A stretch of DNA of 63,999 bases, the filler included, from Choristocarpus tenellus KU-1152 (lineage: Eukaryota > Protista > Phaeophyceae), in NCBI GenBank assembly GCA_964200185.2. It is 11 parts of 11 records of this genome, joined end to end, with 100 filler letters (N's around TTAATTAATTAA, not from the genome) between each part and the next. Parts side by side here need not be neighbours in the genome. Positions count along the whole stretch, not along the records: positions 19,891 to 31,456 come from CAXNAD020002246.1; positions 31,557 to 48,912 come from CAXNAD020000683.1; 9 more parts are not named here. One strand, given 5' to 3'. The notes beneath the pieces were generated by a model. The model saw nothing but the letters and a program-made list of their open reading frames with translations, was not told the DNA's origin and did no database searches. The translations under genes were made by a program, and so were the position numbers. This document shows positions 23,249 through 40,000 of this stretch, one piece after another. Every line of letters starts with the position of its first letter. Position 1 is the stretch's first letter.

Positions 23249-25406
23249 AGCGCATTTACATACTCGTGGCCATCCTGTTTCCCCTCAAGTTTGTTGTAAC
23301 TATTTATGAATCAGTATTCTGTATCTGGCAAACAAGCTTCGATGCACATTTGGATGATATCTGGATGGTATGCATTCAGAGTTAATACTTCCGTGTTAAA
23401 CCTTTCCACACAATGCAACAAGTCCTTGCTCCGAGCATGTCGTCTGATGCATCACATCATCACTGACTGACTAGTGCTTCATTGCATTTCATAAACCAAA
23501 CCCCTGCACATGGAACACACCACATTACTCACCACATTGAAATTTTGTGGTACTTCAATGACAATTGGTTTAACCCTTGCCTTTCACAAGATTGCAAAGC
23601 TCTTCGCCGAGTACTCACTTGATCTGAATCTCATCATTGTTGGTCTGAGTACCAAGAGGTGGGCTAGTCTGAAGTGAAACTACTGCTCCTCCTTCCTAGT
23701 GGAATTCCATTAACATCTGGATGGTTGAACTGATTGATGCTTCGAAAGTGTTCTGCCACTGTTACTGAAGCAGACAAATAATCATCACTCTGACACAATT
23801 TCTAAAGCAATGAAAACTTAAGAGCAAGAGATATAATGCAAGCTTAATTGAACAAGCTGAACTGCACAGAGAAAGGATAACAGAAATTTCAAGTGGACTG
23901 TATACCAGAGTAAGTCAGTGCTATTATTGAAGCTTGTCAAGTCATTCGTTTACTACTACAATACTGCCATTTCATTGCAACTACCTGTTCATATCGCCTA
24001 CATGAACAATATAGAATAATTTTCTCCCCAGAAGTAACAATGATCCTGTAAATGAAGGGGGGGTGAGAACATTTAGATGGGGTCACATCCTCAAAGGCTG
24101 GAGTATTGTTTTCGCATTTTGAAACATCTCTTTTTTCTCATCCATTGTTTTTACGTATATTTGACAGAGGTTCTGTTATCTCCAGGTTCCATTGTCCACT
24201 CCTATGAAAAAAAGTAGGTAGAGATTCCATCACCTGAAGACCTAGATTTGAGTTAATACCAAGCTCAACTCAACTCAAATAACAAGAGACAGGTTAAAAA
24301 CTCTGTGGGCAACCTTCTCGTCAGGTACCTGGATAAAGTAGATATTTCATGTTCACCTCTTTAACTTTCTTACAGTACTTTCTGCCACTTGACGGTTGTA
24401 TTATTGTCTACACTCCTTCGGAAAATATATCATGCAATCAACAGCCAACAGAAAATTTAAAAGACCATTCGTAAGGCACAAAAAGAGCAAGGAATCAGAA
24501 CGCTAGACCATTTAAGCACATACTGCTTCACTACAACTCTGCTAAACATAGATCCAGGTTAATGTTTTTTGTCAATGTTTAAAAACCTACTTGATTTCCA
24601 AGTACATGAGAAAGTGTTATTAAGTATATGACATGTTTGTCAGTGGGAAGTATATACTGTACTATAATCATCTGCAATGCTGTCTTTTGTCACGAAAGGG
24701 GCTGCAGGTGGTAACATGGAGTGAAGGAATTAGCTGTCTCTTGAATTAAAGTATGAAGATGTATAGTTCCACCCACAGAGCCTATGAGCAAGTTCCACCC
24801 TTTTACTATTCACCTTGCTACATACCCATTCTGTTCCACCCATCAATTCCTGACCCCTATCCCCCCTCCTCCCACATACCTCCACACCACCTTCAATGCT
24901 TACCAACAGAAGACACCAACATTCCACAAAAAAGATGACAACACTCTTGTTCGGTTGACAGCCGACACTCAACACCAATAAACATACATAGAACATCACC
25001 ACAGTCCAGGCCATACCAAGAACGGGGACTAAGAAGAGCTTGTCATCGTCAAGTCAACTGTGGGTACTCGAACATCCAAAAAAATAGTTTTTCTTTTTCA
25101 CCAAGCAAAAGATTAAGTAGAGACAGTATGTCCACAAATGTCCCCCCTCTACTCTCATACTTCCTAATCACAGTATATTCATTTCTCTAGTCACCAGTGC
25201 ACAGATGCAATGATACCTGTGAATTATCTGTGGAAAAACTTGGCGTAATACAGAGGTATTCAGACAAGCAGCCTTGGTGTGGGACAACTAACAAATGATT
25301 GCCGAAAACTCCTATACAGTCACACCAAATAATCCCCTGCCTCTTCAAAATCAACTTCCCCAGTCTCCCTTAAGTACCCACAAAGAGAGATATTATAGAA
25401 ACCTAA

Positions 25407-30331
<4,925 letters not shown>

Positions 30332-30557
30332 CACGGTTGTAGCAGCTGATCGCTTGATCAAAGATGTCAAAGTGTGGATAACTGGTAAAGGTGGCTGCAA
30401 CCCAGCCCTCCATTTCTAGTGCTTGACGGGTAAGATGACGGTATAATCCATAGCGACCATAGTCTTTAAATATCAAATAATATTAAATCAATATTATCTT
30501 TCTTGTGATATCTGCCTGGATGATTTATCATACCGTGTGTATACTGATGGCGGCCTT

Positions 30558-30597
30558 GGATTGGTCCACAAGGCACACCACTTCGGTGGACCAATCC
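30558..30597. promoter_or_regulatory. Inverted pair of ERSE-II-like (ATTGG-N-CCAC) / CCAAT elements in the BiP promoter
   Basis: Perfect 12-bp inverted repeat GGATTGGTCCAC-N16-GTGGACCAATCC, about 230 bp upstream of the BiP ATG. Confidence 0.6.
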
Positions 30598-30725
30598 GAT
30601 TTAGTGAAACATAATAAAAAGTCTAGTTCCTACCTAACCGTGAAACCCCCATAATAATCATGTTTGGTGTGTAGTGTATGGTTGTTGTCTTGACTTCTCG
30701 CCGACCTCATTTCAAGTTTGGAGGC

Positions 30726-31165
30726 ATGTTTGGCCATCGGGTCAGTGGGGACTATAACAGTTCAACAAGGGGTCCAGGCCCAGCAACTCTAACCGTGGAC
30801 GAGCGCAAGCAGCTTGCTGCACAAAAGTTCAATGACTGGGTTCGATTTAAAGACCGCTTCGACCGAGGTTTAGAGCTTTTCGCCAAGCTAGACCGACGCC
30901 ATGCAGATGTAAGGCTATGATCTGTATTCGGAGAGAAATCCCATTACGGATACCACTTTTCACCCCTAGGACTTTCGTTGTCTCAATCCTTGCCCATTCG
31001 AAAAGTTGGACAACTCTCAGTCCATTAGCCCCAATGCATTCTTGTGTCCGACAGACTGAAGAGTCGTGGTTGGAGGTAGCTGCCTTGCTCGCAGCAATCG
31101 ATAGATCGCTCGGCATCGACGTTGGTTTTGCCATGTCAAGCAAGAAGCGTGATGATGGAGTGGTG
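30726..31165 (+). CDS. 5' exons of an unidentified gene divergent from BiP (partial)
   Basis: Exon 30726-30908 (MFGHRVSG...KLDRRHAD, donor GTAAGG) joins exon 31055-31165 (TEESWLEVAALLAAIDRSLG..., donor GTGAGT) in phase 0. Confidence 0.55.
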
Positions 31166-31394
31166 GTGAGTCATGTCTTGGGCAATGCATGGTTATCACG
31201 AAGTAATAGAGGATCAGTTCAATATTGCTCGAGGCCTTGCCAGGGTCGTAGTGGATGCCCCTCATATCACATCCTCTCTGAGTTATGTACCTATCGCATC
31301 CCGCTTCCTTCAAACTCTCAAATGTCCCATCTGCTCTAGACCATTCTCTACAGTGACCGCATAGCACGGGTATTGGAGCAATCAGCATCGTTTG

Positions 31395-31456
31395 GGCTCA
31401 AAGTATCTGAGAGGGGGTGGCGGATGTCCATTTGGGGTCAATTTTTTCATGTCGCG
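31395..31456 (+). mobile_element. Family A MITE left end at contig edge
   Basis: GGCTCAAAGTATCTG...TGTCCATTTGGGGTCAATTTTTTCATGTCGCG matches 2946-3010. Confidence 0.85.
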
Positions 31457-32419
31457 NNNNNNNNNNNNNNNNNNNNNNNNNNNNNNNNNNNNNNNNNNNN
31501 TTAATTAATTAANNNNNNNNNNNNNNNNNNNNNNNNNNNNNNNNNNNNNNNNNNNNCTTGCCCGGTGATTCTCTTCACCACCCTTGCCTGAGTGAACCAC
31601 GCCGCCACAGAATCACACCATTCACACAGACACTCTAATTACTGTTTGGAACAAAAATAACGTGGGTCACCCTATCTGCCTGGGGCATTCGAATTGTGGG
31701 CACTCTATTGACGAAGCTGGCGGTCAACACCTCGAAGTCTTCAATGACAAAGACCACCTCATCGCCAGCACTGAACATCACTCCACAAAGGGATGGTACC
31801 TTGTTGAAACCTGAATCGAGTGACACGTGCTTTCGTGTGCAATGAGCAATTGGTGATGCGAAGAGGTGTCATAGTGCCGCAAAGCACCAGTTAAATTTGT
31901 TCTGTTGAAAACTGAAGTCGTGACTTACTCAGTCAGAAGATGGATGATGCATATTCGATTTTCTTCCTAGGTACACTCAAAGGAAGAAGTGCATGCTCTA
32001 AGAAGAGGCTTGTTACCTTGGAGAACAAAGGTTCTGTTGATATTACAACTGTGAATATATCGCATGCAGGTGTGAATCAGGTGCACTTAACGCAGAGTGA
32101 CGTTTGTGTGTTATATGTGTGAGGCATTTGCCAACGATGGAGTCTTCTGTTGTTAAGAAGGAGAAAGGCTAAAACAAAAATAAAGAATCAACACAAAAAC
32201 CTTGAATCATTGTCTGAGGTAACTCAAGGGACACACATTATGCCTGTGTGTGTGATGTTTGGCGACTATTTTCTTATGCTTCGTATATACTGTGGTGTTC
32301 TGAAGATAGTTACTCGTGTTGTGATGATGAGCTAGTGGTGCGAATGAAGGTAACGACCAATACAGCAGACCAATCAACAGCCAGTATGGAATGGTGTCAC
32401 TCAATCGTATCAAGCAAAA

Positions 32420-34160
32420 CGTGAGGAGGGTATGTTTTAACAATGCCTAAGGAGTTGGTTTATTGGACACAGGTACGTTCAGTGTTGCAGAACCCTCAGG
32501 GCGCAAGGCTATTTGTTCCAAGTGGTTACAAAAATGGAAGGGTGACTGTTGTGGGATGTTAAGTGGGGCTAAGGCTAGGCTAGGTGCTCAAGGTTTTAGC
32601 CAAAGGTATCGCGTTGACTACTTTGAAACCTCTGCCCCCCCACACTTTCCGCCTCATCGGTTAGGCTAATGGCCAGTATGTCCTGTGAGTTGGACCTGAG
32701 GATGTGGCACCTAGATTTAGAGCAGGCCTTTGTTCAATCTGACCTGGATGAAGTGTACATGGCCTCCGAGAGGGATGTTGAGATCTCTCCAACATGAACA
32801 TAAGCCTTCTCAGGTCCCTGTATGGTTTGAAGTAAGCCTCTAGGACTTTGAATGCTAAGCTGGCCTCCACCCTTAAACGTAATGGTTTTGAGCAGTGTCT
32901 GATTGACCCGTGTATATTTGGACTTAGGAGGGATGGTGTTGTCAAGATAATCCTTGCAGTTAATGTGGATGACATGATGGTTTTTGGCGTCTGGTGAGGA
33001 TTACAATAATCTTTGTGCCTCCCTGAATGAAGAGTTGCCCACCAAGAACCTTGGCTTGTCGTCTCAAGTTTTCTGGTTGCATTTACGCAATTTATTTGAA
33101 GCGTGTGGTACCCTCTCCACTGCCCAGACTAAGTACATTGACAGTTTGTGTTAACGTTTTCCCACACAATCAACAAATTCCATCCCTGCTGCCCTTTCAA
33201 AGTGCTGGAGTCCTATCCCTGCTGCCCCTTCCAAAATGCTGGTTATTAGGGAGGGAGATACCCTGTCAGGGGATTACCCCTTTCAAGAGGCGATTGGGGG
33301 GTTGATGTGAGTCAGTAACATGATCAGGGCAGATGTGGCTAAGCGGTGAGTGTAGCCCGTCATTCACATGCTCCAAGTCATGTCCACTGGAGAGCTGTGA
33401 CCCAGATCCTCAAGTACCTCAAAGGAACGTGATCAGGCAGATGTGGCTAATGCAGTGAGTGTAACCCTTCATTCACATGCTCCAAGTCATGTCCACTGGA
33501 GAGCTGTGATCCGGATCCTCAAGTATCTCAAAGGAACGCGGGAGTTGGACTTAACCTACGAGAAAGGAGCAGGACAGAACCTAGTGGCCTATGCTGATGC
33601 AGACTTCGCCAATGAGACTTATGACAGAGGTTCTGTATCAGGATGAGGCAGTGATGTGGGGGGGGGGGAGCAGTAGCCTTGCTTTCTAAGACCCAGCCCA
33701 GTCCACTGCAGAGGCCGAGTACATAGTCATGGGAGACTGTGTGGAGGGGTTGTTATTTTTGAGGGATGTGTTGGAAATTGTTCGACCTATTGTTTCCGGA
33801 TCTTGTTATGTGGTGTATGAGGACAACTCAGGGGCCATCCATTTGGCAAACAACCCTTTGAGTTCTGGCTGGACTAAGCACATAGATGTGCAACACCATT
33901 TCCTGAGGACGTGTCAAAAATGAGCAAATACAGATCATTCGTGTTAACACAGATGAGAACGTGCAGATGTGCTGACCAAGCTTCTAGCAGAGGAATCTTT
34001 TTTGGAGGCATGCTGAGACTTTACTGAATTTAGACTGTGTTTAGTAGTTTGTTTTTCGTTGGATTTTGAATTCTTCGTGTTCGTCTGGATTTTCTACTTA
34101 AGTGAGTTCAGTAGCTAGTTATGTCTAGTGACCGCTCAGAGTTGTTTGAGGTGGGGAGGG
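32420..34160 (+). mobile_element. Degenerate Ty1/copia LTR retrotransposon (RT and RNase H remnants, PPT)
   Basis: KARLGAQGFSQRYRVDYFET, LYGLK*ASR, LAVNVDDMM, HWRAVIRILKYLKGT, LVAYADADFA, STAEAEY, VYEDNSGAIHLANNP..TKHIDVQHHFLR, with frameshifts and stops. Purine tract GAGGTGGGGAGGG at 34148-34160 is followed by TGTT. Confidence 0.93.
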
Positions 34161-34325
34161 TGTTCGAATAGACTCCTCCAACTGCAGAGTCGAAATGCAA
34201 GAATTATTAGTTGCTTAACTTATATTTGTTCTTGAAAACGAACAGATGGAATGAGTTGATTCCAGGAAGTATGGTGTTTTGATGTTGTATGGTCACCCCC
34301 TCTGCTTGGGAATCACTCTACAACA
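34161..34325 (+). repeat. Putative 3' LTR of the copia element (right boundary uncertain)
   Basis: Starts TGTT directly after the PPT; a candidate AACA end lies at 34322-34325. No 5' LTR was found for confirmation. Confidence 0.35.
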
Positions 34326-37001
34326 TTTGATCATACTCCTGTATTTCTCCTATATCCACACATGAGTCCGGGGGTACTTCAGGTACTAGGCCGGACACAC
34401 GGGGAGTGTGGGAGAGGAGCGAGTAAGGCACCCCTATGAGATCAATTGGGAGAATGGCGAGATGAAATATATATCGAGCTTGTTGTAGAACGTTGCACTA
34501 CAGAGCAAGACGCTCCTACATGGGCCTGGTTCTGGGCGAGTTCTGCATTACCATGATATACGAGAAAGACACGGCATCGGGTAAGCCACAATCCGTATTC
34601 GTACTCATATGTCACGTTTTCGCTTAATCAATCCAGTAAATATCTCCATGGAGATCTTGTGCTAGAGAGGCCAGACATTGTTGATGCGGGGGGACTTTTT
34701 CATTGATTATATTCGTTTTTTCTCCCGATTAAGTTTTGAACTGATGTATTCTTCAATTATTTTCTTATTGTGATTATTGGTATCTGTGATGGGATAATCA
34801 AAGGATATTAGAACTTCGACATGGGAATATAATTTGCGTGCGTGTTTATAAGAGTGGTTGTTCATACATCATACTTGCATAGACATCACAGAGCAACGAA
34901 TTCTTTGTGTCCTGTTGTACCTTAGTCTTTTAGATGCAGCGCATCTTTGACGCTGTATGAACATGCTCGGCAGTGATCACGAATTCGTCTCTCCTGGATA
35001 ACATCCTTTTGGACATTGATGTGCCATTATGCTCTTCAACAGTGACACAATACACTGATCAATACAAACGCCAATCCACTTGCAAATACTTCATCCACAT
35101 TCATGTCCTAGTGCATCCTACGCACAAGTCTTCTCATTCACGCCCTATGCTTGCTGAAACACTGACGTCATTGACAGATAAATAGCCCAACCGCTACAGG
35201 TGACATACTCTCCCATTATGGATACTACATAGTCTAAATCTCAAGACGAAATACCTGCAAGAAGTATCCCCCTACTCTACGCTTTATCAAAATAGGACCG
35301 TTTCATCAAAATAAGACATCAAAATAAGACCAGCCTTCAACTGAAAAAAAAAATGGAAATGGGCAATTTTGGAACACAAGTCCACATAATCAAGGTGCTA
35401 AGGACATATCCGTAGTATTGGTAGTATTGGATATTCCACACTTCATCAAGACAAGAGCAACCATCGACTTGAAAAAACAAACCGGCAACTTTTGCAACAA
35501 CAAAAACAGTCCAAATAAATCTCAAGACTCGAGACAAACCCGAAGCATCACCTATTCAACACTTCATCAGCACAAGACCAGCCCTCTACTCAAAAAACAC
35601 CCTAATATACAATTTTTCCAACTCCTGACCAATTCCCAAATGGATAACCTGGGCTAGACCTCTCAGATACCCTGAGTCTGTCATAGGAGGTCGTGTTGAC
35701 CTATCTGTAGAATATTCTCTGTTTTGACCCCCGTTTTGGTTGTGCTTGAGACGGATTGCTGTCATTTGACATATCCAACAGGGCCTACTCTTGATGAAGT
35801 ACTTGATGGTGACTTCCCCCACACTCTAATTCGTTTTGTGAAAGGGTGCCACTTGGTCCAGTGTGCCCATGGTCAAGGTAGATAGTGTATCTTTATTGGT
35901 GCACACTCATCTTCTGCATTGTATACATTACAATATTCTTTTGAACATTGGTAATCATAGTGCAATATATATATTGGTGTTCCATCATAGTTGTAGCAAT
36001 GTATACTTCTATTTTGCACATGGTTGTATGCAACGAGGAAAGGCAAGAATTGAACACAGGCTTACCACTCAATATTCACACTGAAGACAAAAATTCACGA
36101 GGATCTACCTCAGCGCTACTTAAGATTGTGGATCTCATCAAGAATCCAACTTTCTCTCTCAAACTGACGTAGCCAACAACTGAACCACCTAGTACCCATA
36201 ATTCCTCTAATTATACCCCCCCCCTCCTTTCTTCCCGTTCATAAGGACCCCGTGGACATGGAGAAACCCTCAACAGGATATAGGAGGCATACAATATAGT
36301 ACAGCCACAGAAAACCAAGCACCAACCCAGTTTTAGCTTGCTTGGTGTATTTCTTTTACATATCCTTACCCTCCCTCCTCTTGTAGACTGTTGTTGTATT
36401 TTGTTCTCTCAACTTCATCCACACACATCTTCATCAGCTGGTTCACCCCGACCCACAATGGAAAATTGGAGCATATGCCTATGCCCTGAAACTAACCAAT
36501 GGCAAGAAATGCCACGATAAAAAAATCGGTACATAGCAGGGCAGAAATATGATGGAATACGTAGAACCGTTGACAAAACAAGGTTAGTAAATTGCACACA
36601 AAACACTCCAGGATCGACCCACACACACCTCATACGCCTCTCCAGGCATATAAAACACGTTGATTGAATGGTATTCTAAATCATGGGCCCTGTTATCATA
36701 CCCATGGAAGCTTGTACCATACACCCAGTGAGAGTCTATCACGTCTCTTGCACATAGCAAATGATCACAAACCTTTCAAAAAGAGCTAACAAGACACACA
36801 TTGAATGTACAGTTGGAAAAGGGTGATTCTTGCTTTGCTCTAGTTTCCATTACTTCTTTCCCAGAAGGAGATATTTTCGTGTCCAGAGTGGAGACAGTGT
36901 GGCTCATCTCTTTATCTGTTAGAAAGGTTGGTAAGGAAGAGATGACACGATGGGTGAGGATAAAAGGCAGGCAGGAAAACAGGAGAATCAGAAACGATCC
37001 C

Positions 37002-40000
37002 CTATGAAGACCACGTTAGCCTCCTCAGAAACCACCCCCCCACACGCTGCATCATTGGGGATCCCATTGGGGTATTCTGAGGGGTATTCTGAGGGGAGGT
37101 AAGACTGTTCTCGTTCTCCTGCTCATCCCCAGGTGTTACTGAATCTGCAGGAGGTGCATTGATTCTTGTAACGAAGCCTCTGCCATACTCAACTCCTTCA
37201 TCAGCGTCCAGTGGGGCAGCTGTCCCAGCCTTCAAAGCTGCTATTGTTGTCCTACAATCCTCCTGCTTCTCTACCAAGTCCTCTGGCACTTGCAAATATT
37301 GCTCCACTCCAGGAGAGCAGCCAAGGGCACACCGATGGTCATGTCCACTACCATTAGTTTCAGGTGGCGTAGTGAACGGCCCCTCATTCTTCCCTGTGAC
37401 TTCTCTTCCCTCCCCTAGCCCCCCTCCTGCATCAAGAACACCGCTGCTACAGGCAGCTGCAGGTCGGAAAGACGGACCGGAGAGATGATGCTTTGTCCTC
37501 TTCACTGTCTTCCGTGCATCCTCCATAGGCGCATTGTCTTGACGGACAATCTGTGCCTCCTTCAACATTTCAGCATCCTCTTGGTCCTTCACATGGCCAC
37601 CCTGACCTCCCCATAACCTGATCCCAACAGCATTATTACCATTGTCGACGAAGACATCCCCTTCGATTTCATCCGCAGCAGTCCTGTACCCATGATCACT
37701 GCCACCATCACTAACGTCACTGCTCACAGAAGTGTCACCACCGGGAGGGGCACCAGTTCCATTGATCTTCTCTTCTGTCGCTAAGCTTGCCGTAGAACCA
37801 ACAATATTATGAGAGGCACCAAGCATCAGTCCTCCCCCCATCCTGTCACCAGCATCAGTCTCTCCTTCCACCCTCCTCGCATTATATGCTAAGGCAGCAC
37901 CTCTTGTGAATCGAGCTCCACATTTATCACCAAAACTAATCTTCCCCCTTCCCTTGCCTTTCCTCTGCAACTTGTGGTGCTTTCCACTGCTCTCCAATAC
38001 AGGCTCTCCGTTTGCACCTCTGGTTTTGTGATCGATCTTGGAGTGGGTGCAGGAAAACCAGGCCAAAGAGGGCATAATATAGGACAGTATGTGCGGCAGT
38101 TAGTTTTATATGAGATTAGGAAGGCAACGTAATGAGGGCTGGACATCCTGGCATGGGGAGGTGGGGGAGGCATTGCAACCTATTCCAGAGTATAGAGTTT
38201 GCAGAGACCTTTGGCCTTCATCCTTCTTTGGGAGGGGAAGAGGAGCAATATTTACAAAAGACTGCAACAATTGATGCACTTCCAGACACCCAGGGATGTG
38301 TTCGGAAGGAGAAAGTATGATAGTTTCAATTGGCCTCTACTCTTTCCCTCCTTAGGGTACAAATAGCAGCAAAGTCTGAGAATCCACTCAACTTTATAAA
38401 GAGTTGTAATATTTCCCCAATCTGGTAACCTATGCACATCTTAGAATATTACTTTGGTGTGTATATGTGTGTGTGTGGTGTGTGGGGGGGGGGGGGGGGA
38501 AAGAGGGTATTTAAGGGGGAATGCTGTGCCCCCCCCCCACGGCCNNNNNNNNNNGGGGGGGGGGGGGTATGTGTGTATTTATGTGCGAATGCTGTGCGCA
38601 ACACCAATGGTCTTGTGAAAAAAGAAAGACCGAAACATATGTTTTGTCAGTAAATTGATCAACCAACAATATCGTAGTACTGAAAGCATCAGTGTAAAGG
38701 AATAGTACAACTGTGAGAGGTTGAGGGGAGTCATTATGAAAGCACAACGGAGTAACGCTTTGGAAAAAAAAAATCATAGGACAAAAGCCACACTCTCTGT
38801 GTAAGTGTCTAACCTTAACCCACACCAAGTTTCCATTTCTACTTTGGGGGGTGCTGCAGAACCCAATGCAAATAACGAAAGGCACCAGACGAGATTCAAT
38901 CCTTCCCCTCAGCCCCCTTCGCTCCGTATAGACACCACTGCTAAATACTATCCAGCAATATATATATGTCACCTGCTTCGTCACCTCAGGAGAAGAAGAC
39001 CCTCTGGCTTTGACCCAGGCCAGATCAATATCTCCCATGATTTCCCCTTTCCTCGACCTCCTTTGGATAGACACTTCCGAACCCATTGCTTTTTCTGGGG
39101 TTGTTGTAGCATCCACATGTCTTTTTCTTTTCTTAGTAGCATTGCCAGAAAAAACAGTTGGACCTTGCTGCCCTAGAGTTAGCTCCAGGGCCTCCCCCTG
39201 CCCCTGCCCCTGCCCTACTTCATCCCCTTTCTCCTGTTCGTTGCTCACCCCCTGTCCTCTGGAATGATCTTTTCCTGGTCTGCTTTCTCTACTCCCAAAC
39301 ACGCTGCCTTCCCTCCCATCTCGCCCATCCCCAACTTTCTTCCTTGGAACCTGACATCTTTGTCTGGATCGCACCTGACGTTTTCCACTAGAAACGTCAG
39401 AAGAAGAAGAAAAGGCCCGATCAAACACTGTTGTACCCATTTCCCTGAGGCGACTTCGACCCCATGCAAGGAACCGGTGATCAAGCTCATGTAGCCTTTA
39501 TTGTGGCACAGGGATGGGTGTGGGTGTAGGCGGTTGGGGATGAGAGGGGGTAAGGGGTGAGGAACACTACTGTTGTGACCAAAACAAAGTGCAAAACTCA
39601 CTTAGAGCAAAAAACTAATGCCTGTGCTAACAGTAGGTGAGAAAGGGCATTTTGCAAAGATGACCAGGTGCTCTCTACCAAGTGAATGGCTCTACTATAT
39701 ACCACTTCACTCCTGGAAAGACGTGTGCAAATCATTTTGGGGAGGCAGGCAATGAGTCGTTTCACCAAGGTCAACCTGTAGTTCATCCTGGGTACTTCGA
39801 AATTCGTCACAAAAACACAACGCCAGTAGTGATAACATTTCGAAATGTAACTCATATTCATCATATACAGTACATTTCGCACAAATTATATCCCTGCAAC
39901 CCAACACCATTGCTCTGCTACTTCAGAGCACAAGAGATTTTGTTCTTTATCATTTCATTCTTAATCATTTCATGCCCAACACACACACCACTATTAAGCA

